Position numbers and translations under genes: made by a program. From positions 696,405-760,404 of the forward strand of contig NW_003314265.1 of assembly GCF_000143415.4 (NCBI RefSeq): DNA of 64,000 nt, given 5' to 3'. Below, in pieces: positions 26,581 through 38,753 of this stretch (positions are counted from its first letter, which is position 1; every line of letters begins with the position of its first letter). The DNA is from Selaginella moellendorffii. Lineage: Eukaryota > Plantae > Lycopodiophyta. The notes under the pieces were generated by a model, which ran no database searches, had not been told where the DNA came from, and saw only the letters and a program-made list of their open reading frames with translations.

Positions 26581-27867
26581 TCATTGACTTAATGGTGAGG
26601 CCGCCCCAGCCGCCGAGCCGGTCGTATCCTCATTTCCAACGGACTCAACATGTGCCCAATCGTCTGACTACGCGCCGTTGGAACCTCCCTACACCGCCCC
26701 TGCTGCCTGTTCGGTCATGTCCACTTTGCCAACGGAGGCACCAGCTGAAATGGCGTGTGATCACACACCATCAGAACCACCCCATGCCACTGTTGAGCCA
26801 GTTGTACCAGAGTCTACAGCTGAAATGGTATGTGCCCACACGCCATCGGATGCGATTGACCCCACATTGCAGAGGAGAGTATTTCCGCCCTTCACGTTTC
26901 CTCGACCAAAACCCTCTCAACGACCATCGGGAGCACCATTCGCTAATATTGTAGATGGTAAAATTGACTTTTACCATTTTTTATGCTGACGCATTTCATT
27001 TCAGAGTCACGGCGAAGGTACTGTATCGTTTTTGATCTGAACGGTGTCCTTTTCTCCCATGAGCGTGGCTCGTCCTCGAATGTCACTACACCCTCCAAAG
27101 CCTGCGGTCGCAAGTTGGTCAAAAGAGACAGATTCACATTAATCACACGGGAGAAACTGCGGGATCTAATAATGACCATGCAACATTTAAAACAGAGGGC
27201 CGGGTTCAATTTGCAATTGGGAGTTTGGACATCCATGATGCGCCACAATGCATTAACGTTGCTACAGATGATGCACGATCAGACACGAGTAATATTACCA
27301 TTTGACTTTCTCCTAACGCAGGAGGATTGCTTGACTATGGTCCATGTGAGGGGTAGCAAGCCCATCTTCATCAAGCCAAAGGCTGTAGTGATGAACCGGA
27401 CTGCTAGGTCAAGTGAAATCCTCATCATCGATGACTCACCGATTAAAACTGCAGCGAACACGCACACATATGCAGTGCACCCCATCTCTTGCAGTATGGA
27501 AACCAGGGAGAAGAAACCGTATGTTCTGAGGGACCTTGCAAAACGGCTTGGAGCGATGGTGATAGAGAACCGGCCAGTCCAGGAGGTGGCTGCAGAAATC
27601 AACCAAATGGCAGATAGAACGGTATATCAGAAGCCATTTGATCGGACAGACACCAGTCATCATTTATGGCATGTATATTGTCTAGCCAAGCACTATCCGC
27701 ATCTCCATAATCTGCTCAACCGGATGGGTTCTTCGACCACTGAACATGAGCGTGGACGTATTAGAGAAGAGATGGCATTACTATTGGGTTTAAATCCTGA
27801 TAGTGTGGAGAGTGATGAAATTCCAAGATTATTGTATAGGCGTTGGAGGCAAAAAATAACAGTCTGA
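26581..27867 (+). CDS. Transposon cargo, 3' part: Pro-rich linker plus FCP1/NIF-type HAD phosphatase-like domain
   Basis: Motif I IVFDLNGVL, motif II LGVWTSM, FLLTQEDC, KPIFIKP and motif IV LIIDDSPIK. A short phase-1 intron at about 26958-27005 joins the upstream frame (...VD-E-SRRRY...). Confidence 0.75.
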
Positions 27868-28309
27868 GATGGCATGTATTTATTTAAAAATGTAACTTAT
27901 TATGGCATGGGGTTCCATGCCATTGTATTAATATTAAAAGACAATTCTTTGAAAGGATTTGCATTATACTAGAAGTGTTACAGCATGTTATTGGAAGTCT
28001 ACGAAGTTGTTTTATTAATAAGGGGAAAGTAAAGATTGAATGGGGACTTGGGCTCCACCTAGACTCGGAGCAACTGAGCCAATATTAAAAGGATGGAAAG
28101 AAATTGGACGACGATGACAAGGAGAAGAGAGAGGTGAAGTAGTGGCAGGGGGAGGAGAAGTGATTGAGTAGACATTTCCTTGTTTAAAATAAAATGGCAT
28201 GTGCCTCAATGCAGTTGAATTTTGTTATATTTATATACTATATAAAGGTTTGGAAACCTTATTTTACAAGTGGGATAATGACAATTCCCACTTTAACGAA
28301 ATAGAGCTT

Positions 28310-29092
28310 TTTCGGTCCTAAATGCTATTTATGGAAAGTGTCCAGATTTGCTCATTTGGCATATCTACGGAATGTAGAGATTGTCTTGAACACAATGGTG
28401 TTCGTCCCGTGTCCAAATTCGCAATCTAGGAACATTCTATATTTAGTACGTTTCGAGCTTGTCCTAGAGACTAACTCCTGATACTAAGGCCTGGGGTGAA
28501 AGCCCAAAGCGTGTGTTCCTCAAGGGGTGGGGGGGTGGGGGGGGTTGTGTGGGGTTCCAAATGTATAGTAGGGATAGTGGGGTAGGTCGGGCATGGCTGA
28601 CCAACCTGAGGCATAGTCTAGCTCTCGCTTGCATGCCTGTCTTTGTTCTGCATCCGGCTTGGGTCTAAACCCAAGTTCCATTCCATGCTAGCTGGTGGAG
28701 TACCCATGTCCTCGCGTTAGGCCACCGGTATGCCGAAATAGCGCTAGACTCCGTTTGGCTCCGTTTTGCATGCTAGTCCTGGCATTGGGATGCTGGTTGC
28801 TCCAGGACTGTTCCAAGTCGCTCCAGGCTCCTGTCCCTTCGCTCTTTGGGCTACATGCTCGGGAGTTGCTCCGTGGTCCGGTTCCATCACTCATTGGCTC
28901 CATGCTTGGGAGTTTGGCACTGTTCCTTTGTTTAGTAGCCCAAGGCCCTGAACTTCGGGTTCCACACCACGTTCCTTTGGCATGTGACACGTGGCATTTG
29001 TCATGTGGCACAAAGAGGGTTTAGGTTCCGCTTCGTGGTGTTATTCTATGGTAAACCACCATAGGATAAAGGTCAAAACCACATGCATTACA
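28310..29092 (+). mobile_element. 3' portion of a chromovirus-family LTR, truncated at the transposon right TIR
   Basis: Matches about 4946-5390 (TTTCGGTCC...ATGCTATTTATGGAAAGTGTC...); ends with TTACA. Confidence 0.8.
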
Positions 29093-29099
29093 CTACCCT

Positions 29100-31669
29100 A
29101 GATCATTCTTCTCAAGCATTTGCCAATACCACTAAGTTCTTACTTTGTCCATGCAAAATTATCACAAACCGATTGAACCAATCCATCCCAAAGATTATTT
29201 AAAACCCCACCATGTCCAAAATGGTGAAATCTACTTTGACTCTTGCTTGTCAAAGTACCTTATTAGTGCTTTAGTTACCTTGAACAAACTCTATAGTCCT
29301 TGGTTCTTCTAGTTGCTGGATTGTTAGTTTGGCTTGCCAAAGTATGTCTATAACCATAAAATTATCTAAAACACCCATGTCAATAAGGATCTTAATAAAG
29401 TTGCCTTCGAGCTTCTCTCGAAAGGTTAGTAAATGTCGCGAATAACTCTTTACCAAAGTTGCTAGTGTGATGAGTTACTTTGAACTAGGGGCTGAATCAC
29501 ATACTTTAATTTAAATTTCACCTGATTTAATGACTATATTGGCTTTGGCCTGCTTTGAGTAGGGACATTTTCTTAAGAAGTATCCTACTTCACCGCAATT
29601 ATAACATACGTTATTCCCTACTTTACTAGTATACTTGGTTTTTTTTATCAGTGGGTTTCTCTTTTCATCTAACTCCCTTATGTACTTGCTCTTTGGCCAC
29701 TAAATTTGCCTTTCCAAAACTCTGAGGATTTGGTCTTAGAAAAACTCTTCCTGAATTTCCCTTTTCCAAATGTCCCTCTTGGTTTGGTTCCCTTGCTAAA
29801 CATGAATCCAAACCCTATCATGTTCCCTTTTCACAAGTTATCATTGAAATACACTCGGATAGTTACATCTAATGCTTCCTTGTAGTTGGTCGAGTTCTAG
29901 AGCATCATTTCTTCCAGAGCTCAGGTTTGCAAGTTTGATATGAAAGCATGGAATGCATCCATGTCACCCATATCCATAAAAATTATCTTTTTGGCCATAA
30001 ACGCATTCCCATACTCTTGAATGGTTCCTATTTACTTCAACTTACTCAACTCATTCTTGAAGTGTAGAGTAGCATTTGATGGAACATAAGTTGTGCAAAT
30101 CCTCACCTTTATCACTTCCCAAGTGGCTATTGATTCTTCGTTAGTTTTTATTGTTCTCCATTAAGACTTGCTTGGTATGGTTTTGCACATGGGACATTTT
30201 TTGGGCTTGGTAACCACAATACTCAGAAGGAATTTTCCATATTGTAAAATTAATCCTCCACCACCTTATAGTCATTCACTCCCAATAGAGGATTAGGTTT
30301 GTACTTAGGAATTGCTTGAAGGACTGACTTTACTTCAATTTTTTTGACCTTATTCAATCTTGCCTCAGTTCATGCATTCTACATTGCCAACATTTGCAGT
30401 CTTTTATTTATTTTTTTGCTTCTCATCATGCTTTAGCTTGCGTACGAGGGTCTCTAGCAGAGCATTAGTATGTGTCATTTTTCCTTTCAAAGTGTCCAAT
30501 CAAGCTTTAGACAACTGAACCTTGCCACCAAACTCTTGTTTAGAAGTTCCTTTACTAGAGTCCTCATGTAGGTATTCCTTCTCCACAGCTTCTTGTTCAA
30601 CTAGAGGTTTCATCTTCGGAGGAGGTTCCATCTTTGCCTTAATGCACTTACAGTTTACATTAGCCATCTCTTAGTTATCTACCTCTATCCTTCGTTAGAA
30701 TTGAGGAAAAGGCTTCAATACTAAATTGTAAGCCACAAATTTTTCTTTGCCAATTTGCTAACTTACCTTGTCTATCTGACCACCTTTACTTTCACCTTCG
30801 CTAAATTCCCTTGTTAGGTTTTTACCTATTGTATCAACTTCGGCTTGGTCCAACTTAGGTTCAGCTACTTACTACATAAGTAATAGAGTGTTAGCCAACT
30901 CTTCACAGATTCCCAAACTCTCTCCCAATCCCCCTTCTCAGGTTAGACTAAACTTAATGTTCAATTACACCTTCTACAAGCATAAGTAGCCAACACACCA
31001 AGCTTCCAAGTTCTTAACATCCCATGATACACAAGACTTGATTATAGGACCTTTTAAATCCCATGTCTTAGATGCATCTTTTAATTTGGGACACAAGGGG
31101 GAAATATTATGGCTTAATAGCCCGAAATAGATACCTCAACTCCCCACCTCCATACCAAAGGGAAGGCCTAAGCCTCTAAGAAGGGGTGAAGACTAATAAG
31201 CCATATAGTACTCAAGTAAGGACCATTTCATCTAACCCAGAAACACTATAATCAATTTCCCTTTCAGAGTGGGAGTTGCTCTTGAGCACTTCCTTGAGGA
31301 GCCTCTTTGGCACTCCTCAAGCCCATATTCACTCCCACCCAAAATTACTCACCCCTAGTTTCAACCCCAACTCAGTTTGGAAGCACTACTAAAGAGTTCC
31401 TTTAAGACTAAATTTTTATCCTTACTATCCCTACTATACTTTTGAAACCCTAACACCCCCTACTAAGGGATGATTGCTTTGCCTTGGACTTGATCTCGGA
31501 CTTGGTCTCGAACTTGATTTCTGATCTCGAACTCGATCTTAAACTTGGACTTGGACTTGGTCTCAAACTCGATCTTAAACTCAATCTCATTCAATGAACT
31601 CTTTATTGTTTTGGTTGTGGTTTCGGGGATCTTTTAACCTATGACACCTCGAGGAGTTAATTCCTTAAA
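29100..31669 (-). mobile_element. Decayed Gypsy 5' end: LTR (30727-31669), degenerate PBS, gag with zinc knuckle and protease remnant
   Basis: LTR homologous to 6372-7505; PBS-like TAGTATTGAAGC at about 30712-30723; VCYNCGEVGYFLRKCP at about 29562-29609; KILIDMGVLDNF protease-like motif in ORF 29271-29456; many stops. Confidence 0.78.
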
Positions 31670-32364
31670 CTAACACTAAATAATAAAGATACAAAGGTTT
31701 AATTTCCCTAGATTATGCTACACCTCTTTTTAAGGTCCCTCACCATTAAACCACCCCCCAACTACCTCAAAAGCTCACTATATCACTCCACTATGAGCCC
31801 TTAAGGTAGGTTAAGTTCTTTACCCTACCTGTATGATCAAGGCTAACACCTAACAACCTAAGAGCTTGTCCTCTACAAATCAATTTCTCTTGTATGTAGA
31901 AAAGAGAAGTTTGTCAATGGAAAGACTTACACTTTTTCTTTCCCATGAGAATCATGGAAGTTTAAGAACAGCACTAAAAGTGGTCATGGAATTGATCTAT
32001 ACTCTCTAGTCATCCAAAGGTCCTTGACTCAAGGCTGGTTTTGGTTCCCAAGACCTTGAGCCTCACAATGAACAAGGTGGACAAGGGCAACATGTGGAAT
32101 CTATGGATCCCCTTGACTGAGAAGTTACCAAGACTCCGTTTTTAGCAAAGATTATTAGTATCATATTGAGAGATGCCATGTTCCAAATAGGGGGCAAAAT
32201 CATTGAGCTGAGTCAAGTTTCCCATAGTTGGGATGGAGTGATTTCTATTGGAGCATGAGAGTGCCTTTTGGCTTGACAATTAAATCCAAAACTAGATTCT
32301 TGCCTTGGAATGTCTAGTGTAAAATTATTATTTACTATTCATTTCCAGAAATTTTACTAAGAAC

Positions 32365-32769
32365 TTATGAACATTCATAAAATTCAACAGTATGTTTAGC
32401 ATGTTCAAAACAACCACTGAAAGACCACATATACCAAGTGCCCCAACCTGTAGTGGTATATTTTGCTGCACCAGTAAAAATTATTACATGATAAGTTTCA
32501 TAACCCATGGAGAAATCATCAGTTTCTATTATTGGATTTGGATCTGTTTTTTCCATAAAGTTGTTCTCATTTGCTTGATTATATATAAAAATATTTACCT
32601 TATTTTCTTTATGTTTTGAGCTGTAAAAATGCAATTTACACATCATAGACTTTTGCATATTTTCAGGGTTCCAGCAATGGTCAAAAGTTTGAGCAACAGT
32701 AAAGATTATAGAACATGTAAATCCTAGTACCAAAATAAGGATGAATGAACAAAATTTTACTAATCCCAT
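32365..32769 (-). CDS. Putative small secreted protein (134 aa), unknown family
   Basis: Intronless ATG-to-stop ORF in very AT-rich DNA; hydrophobic N-terminus ending in an AxA-like site (TVA-Q); four Cys in the mature part; TATAAA about 55 bp upstream. Confidence 0.55.
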   Translation of the reverse strand: MGLVKFCSFILILVLGFTCSIIFTVAQTFDHCWNPENMQKSMMCKLHFYSSKHKENKVNIFIYNQANENNFMEKTDPNPIIETDDFSMGYETYHVIIFTGAAKYTTTGWGTWYMWSFSGCFEHAKHTVEFYECS

Positions 32770-34373
32770 ATTTAAAGAAAAAATTATTATGCCTATTAAA
32801 ATTGTTGTTAAATGGAAATGGCTTTATAATAAAAGTGAAGTTTTAAAATAAAGGATAAAAACATTTTTAACATTGTTTCTTAAGTTGATTTAACATGATA
32901 CACTTGGCAATAAGAATATTTAATTGTATTTAGATTCTTAGTAAGCACTTAGATATTTAGTTAATGAGACATGTGGATAATCTCTTGTTTTTATTTTTCT
33001 GTTATCGTTCTCTATATATGGTACTAATATTGCCCAAAAAATGATAATGAATACGAAAATCTATAATTTATTTTGCAATTTTGATGTCTATACATATATA
33101 GTTAATTGCCATATCAGAAAAACATGAACCATCCTTTGTATTATAAGTCTTGGTAATCCTCATTTATCCCTCTCACTATGCTTTATGATTTTAAGAACAG
33201 TAATAACTTGTGAATAAATTTAAAGCACTAAGAGTTTAAAAATACTATTTAGATAAAATAAACTTTTTTATGTGTTGCATTTAGCAACACTTGGTTTTCT
33301 TAATAGTAGTGTTATTTCTACTTATTAATCCAATTGATCAAATAAAGTTTATAATTATAAGCATGTTTAAACACAAGATTAATCTTATTCCATATCAACC
33401 ATTAGATGGTAGAATAAAAAATAATATACTAGAAAGAGTTTAAAATTTTTTCTAAATTATAAATATAAAATTAATCTAAATGAATAACTACCTTTAGATG
33501 GTAGAATATCCTAGAATATCCAAGCATATTCTAGATATATCCACTACCATTTCAGTCCCCATACGAGTTTCCTTAAGAAAACCTATATAATATATATATT
33601 ATATAGGTAATATATAAATTATTGTACTATAGTATATGAATTGTCAATTCAAAGTCTATCTATTCTTATATATAAGTACCCTAATTACTATACCTATTTT
33701 TATATCCCAAGCACTCACATTGGTGAAAGTGAGGGGTATTACAAATTATCCCTATAAAGCAAATGTTTTCGATAATGCTTTATTCAATATTTTGGATTAT
33801 GCTTTTTTTTATTCCTTCATTCTTTTTTAGATATAGATTTATGTTAATTTTTCTCTAGATCTAGGATTATAGTTATTATATTTATTCTTCCTTTTCTTTC
33901 TACATGGCATTTTCTTTTTTTACTATGCTACACCATCAATTAAAGAGTATATCATTTGAAGGAGTTTATACTACTTTATTAGATTGCGTTTTTTGTTATG
34001 ATCATATTGTTGTTGTGCCCATCCTTGGTAGGGGATGGTCCAAAGTTGAGTTGAGGTCACAATTCAGCATAAGTTAACTCAAGTCAACATAGTCAACTAA
34101 AAGTTTTATGAAGGAAATCTAAATTGAAGAAATGAAGGTTCTAGCCAACTTTAAAATATTGAAATATATAAATATCTGAGTTAAAAATTTCTATAATATT
34201 GAGTCATTTTAAAAAAAAAGTTCATAAGAACCTATGTTTTGTAAAGATATATTATTTTATTATGACATTGCTACAATTGTCAAATTTTGATTTGACTACT
34301 TGATATTTTAACTAATTTTACAATTGTACATACTATTCCTCATTCAAAAGAATTTTTTAGGGTTCTTGAGAAG

Positions 34374-34620
34374 ATGATAAGCAATGAAAATAAAAAATCT
34401 ATGAGTAAAAGTTGGAGTGCAAAGAAATGTGAGAATGTTAATTTAATTTCACTAACACAATCTCCATATTACACTTCTTGTCCTTATTACCCATCTAAGA
34501 ATATGGAGACCATTATCATGATTGATAAAAATGCTCCTGCTACTTTTGAAACAACAATTTAAAGCAAGAGAAATGAAGAAATGAATAATACGGCAAAAAG
34601 TACCAAGAAATCTACTCTAT
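34374..34620 (+). pseudogene. Decayed homolog of the small cargo ORF at 9651-9908
   Basis: ISLTQSPYYT...NAPATFETTI*SK...TAKSTKK versus ISLPNSPYYT...NAPVTSETTIQSK...TAESTKK. Confidence 0.6.
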
Positions 34621-35759
34621 AAAACTTTTTATGACATTTGTAATTTATATATTAGTTTATATCAAGAACTTTGTTGCCTGACAATCCTCCCATATAAAAA
34701 GACTAAGGTATATTTTTGTAGTGAATCCTCAATAAAAAGTTTTAGGAATTGTTTGTGAATAATAATAAAAGAAATCGAAATCTTTCGAAAGACTCAAAAG
34801 TGATATCACATCAAAGAATCAACTCTACCTACATTTCCAAGACTGAAAGGCAATCTCACATGAGAGAATGGCATCGTGCTAGCATGCTCTGCCATTATAA
34901 TGTAGTGTATATTTCCCTGTAGTCTATTTCCCTAGAAAATTAGTATGTATAGAAAAGAATATATGTATAGTGAAGTAAGATTTCACCATAATGATAGAGT
35001 ATATGTATACACTATAGCTTAGAATTCTGTTTATAAACAAGTTATGATTATGAAGCCCTATTTTTAAGACTGACATTTCAAGAATTTAAGTATTGTCAGT
35101 GTCATAATAAATAAACCTCATTCCCAAGACTAAAACTTAGTATGAAAACTACTTTGAAAAATTATAGTTATTGTAATTTTTTTGTTCTCCTTGAGCTCCT
35201 TGGAAGTTTGTATAGAAATGGCTCAAAGGAAAGTCACTACTACTCGTATTTGGCCCTTTAGCATTTCATATTAATCCTCATCTCCATCCTAAAATTCTAC
35301 TTACATTCCACTTTCATCTCCACATAACAATCCCCTTTCTACTAGGGGTTCTAGTGAAGCTCAACTAGAGCTCCCTATATATAAAATTCTGGATCTTGCT
35401 ACTAGAGAGGGATTCCCTCTAGTGTTTCAAAAGCAATGCCACATGTTTTTACAAGATTTTATTTATGACATAGCAAGACTATTTGAAAGCATAGAACACT
35501 ATTATATTTGATGTTCAATATGCTACTTTTTTTTGGACAAGACAAATGGCTTTATAAGTTTAAAAACTAAAAGAATTTGGTGAAGTCAAGTTGCAATTCT
35601 ATTGCAAGTGTGAGAGGGATTTCAATGTAGAATTAGTTATAACGGTTTGCTGTAGTGGTTACAAAAAACCAAAGGGCTTTCAATGTCATTGTACTTGCAT
35701 TGGCACTATATTTCTCACCCTAGAACATGCTACTAAACACACAAATTAATTAGATCGCG

Positions 35760-37700
35760 AGAAGAGCTTGGCGATGGCGGACAGGCCTGCTGGACTCTCT
35801 TCATCATCCGGGGGCTGAGAGACAAGGCTAGTTAGCAGGCTCAATGTGTACCTCCATATCTGCATTGGGTAAATAATATATAGTTAGGTCCTTCACATCC
35901 ACAAACACTAGAGCCTACAACAAAGAAGAGAGTGTCAAGGTCATAACTTTGAGTGTCAAGGTTGTAATCCTGACTATCAAGAACATGCTCAAATGCATGG
36001 TTAATTTATAGTACTTCACTCTCTCAGGACTGAACAAAGCTTTGTCTTGAGGCTCCTACTACTCCATCGCATCAGTTGACTTTGTTGGCATTGGATTTCC
36101 TGTGAGTTCAACCTTGAACTTATTGAGTCGCTGGTGGAACTCCTCGTCATTGTCATGCTCACTCTCATTATCATCTTCCATTATTGCAGACTGCTTTTCC
36201 TTAAGAGTGTAGATCTCACTGTGGAGCTCCATGTTTTCTTTAGCGAAATGGTCATTGATGTATTATGTCTCCACACACACTATCCTCTAGAAGGACATAC
36301 CTCAAATGCTCCTTTTGAGCTACTGGATGTTGCTTTGGATCTTATTGAGCTTTGTGTCCAGGGATTGGAAGACAATAGCATTGATCATGGCCTACACTCT
36401 GTCACATAGAAAAGTACTCATTTGTTCATTCTGGAACTGCCTTGCAAAATCTGCCATGGATTGGCATCTGTGGTGTTGGCTGGAGGCGCTGGACTTCATA
36501 AAAAAACTAGACCAAGCTGAGCAGCCAGTGTGGCAACTCTAGTTCATGTCATTGCTCCTTCTCTGGCTCCCTACATCATTCCTAGTCTGGATGCTCCCTG
36601 CTGTGGTGCTTGTGGTGCTGCGGCATGGTGCTGTCATCAACTGGCAATTCTTTTCAATGGGTGGGGATGTTGGCCCTTCTTTCTTAGCATGAACTGCTAC
36701 ACCATTGGTTGAGGTGGTTACAGAGTCAAGATTAATTTGTTGACTTTGTTTCTGACTCTTCTCCTATAGTTCTTCCTTGGAGATGATGCTTTTGATTTGG
36801 CTTGTGGTTGATTTTGTCCTGTTCTTTGGAGGCAAGATTGTTGTTATCTTGGTCCTTTTTGCCAATGGTGTCATTGTCGGTGGTGAAAGCTCCTTTTCAT
36901 CCTCTTCTTTTTCCTCTTTTTCGTCTTCTTCATCAGATTTGTGGAGTGGATCTTCTCTCCTCTTTGACTTGCATTCTCACTTCCTTCTTACCTATAGTGT
37001 TGTTGGAGGTACTTTCAGGCTGAGTGGAAATATTGAGTCAAGAGCTAGCACAAGTGCGACAATGTAGAGGAGTGTAAGAGTTTCACATTTTTGGCCATTA
37101 TGGATTATTTTCATAGCCAAGTGGATTTTCTTGATGAGTTTTTTGTAGAGGTAGCTTACAATGTCCATTTTGATTTTGTGTTGCAAGATGTTGTAGAGGA
37201 TTGCAATAGCTTTACTGGTAGAGCTGCTTGACTTGCACATCTTGAGAGTTGAGATGAGGAACTTGAGCCTAAGCTTTGCCTCGTTGGTGGCATTGCTCAT
37301 TTGAAGTGAGCTTCCAGAGTTCTAATTCTCGATGATCTTGATGCATCCCGGTGGCATCCCTTTTGTTCACAATATGGATGTGACTTGCTTTCTGCTGATT
37401 GGAAGCTTGAAGACCCATGCGATGTAGCCCGTGATGAAGATATATTCATGTTCTTGGGCACACACCATTTCTTCTCAAAAAGCTAGAAGCATCTTCTTTG
37501 TGATGTCATCTTTCTCCATGATGATGGAGAACTTGTAAAGGCCAACCTCGCACAGCCAGTTGTCAAGTGCCCTTGTCCTCTTCCATGCTGGATTGCAGGC
37601 AAAGGAGAAGATAGGCAGAGTGTTTCTCTCTTTGCTGTTTTAACTAATATGTTGTCCAGCCTGTGTGTTGGCCAAACATTTGGTTTTCTTTGTCATGAGA
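35760..37700 (-). pseudogene. Decayed, probably TE-associated gene (helical N-terminal domain plus acidic/coiled low-complexity C-terminus)
   Basis: Broken minus-strand frames with coding-like composition (LDNWLCEVGLYKF, MDIVSYLYKKL, E/K/D-rich tract); family not recognised. Confidence 0.35.
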
Positions 37701-38753
37701 CTAAAGAATTTTTAAAGCATCCGCTCGCGCCAGAAGTGGACGCTTCTCTCACGCGAGCACACCGCACCCAAAATCCCGTTTTATCTTGTGTCAAATTCCC
37801 CCAATGAGCATGCAGGATGTGCTACTCTCATTAGTCTAACAACCATCAAGAAAAGTTTTACCATAACCATGGCTACCCCGGACCTGCGATCTGACGGCCA
37901 CGAGCCTCCGGCCTCTATCGTTTTATTGTTGTAGATGTGCAACTATTAGTCTGTATTGTTGGCAAGTATCAGGAAGTAAAATACAGAAGAAACTCGAAAT
38001 TATAACAAGAATTCCAGTGGCCAATCTTTAGCTGGACAAAACTACACTGCTAACCACATTCTTCATAAAATGCTGCGCATCAAAGCTGCTCAGTTGGGGC
38101 AAGCAAAATCAATTCCCCTTGTGTACAGTGAAACTAGTCCAAAAGAAAGACAAATACAAAAGAATGCTTTTGCTCAATCAAGAATGTTTTTGCTCGATCA
38201 AGAGCGCTCTTGGGAAGGCGTGGCCTTGATCATTTTATTGGACAGAGGTAACTGTGGAGCAACAATCAAGGTGGCAAAGCTCTAGGGGGGATGTTATAGT
38301 ACTAGGATTTCTCCATAAAAAGCGCAGCCGATGCTTAAGCTAGCAAGAGAAAACTCTTTCTTTTCTGTCCAAGGAACAACATTTCATGAGACTTGGGCTC
38401 GCGAGCGCTCAAGCTAAAAAAGAATCGATCCGACTAAAGCTCGAGATATATAGAGCTGCGACGCGAGCAAGGCCACGAACACAACCTCGACTTCAGCTTC
38501 ACCGATGCCTCTCCTTCCTGGCATGAAAAACGACGCTTCATGCTCACAAACAACGAGCTCACCGATTTCTCATCGCTTTTGTCCCTGTTTCTATATAACA
38601 ATGGCCAAGCTCCTATGAAAGATCTCACGAATATCTCTGCGCAGTCTCTCAAGACTCTCAAGTGCTTGCCTGCCCTGGAAGAAATAAGATGACCACCACC
38701 CCTCTCTGGTCTTGCCACGATGTGAAAAAGTCTAGAACCTTAATCGTACCTCG

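Larger units (their letters stand above)
9001..28309. mobile_element. Large cut-and-paste DNA transposon (Sola-like) with cargo genes
   Basis: Perfect 24-bp TIR AAGCTCTATTTCGTTAAAGTGGGA at 9001-9024 with its reverse complement at 28286-28309. It encloses a transposase, cargo ORFs and about 20 copies of an element-specific palindrome. No matching TSD was found. Confidence 0.85.

Noticed and set aside
9533-28215. CRISPR-like array reading of the palindromes
   Set aside because: Spacing is irregular (about 55 bp to kilobases), copies are degenerate, there are no cas-like genes, and the context is eukaryotic.
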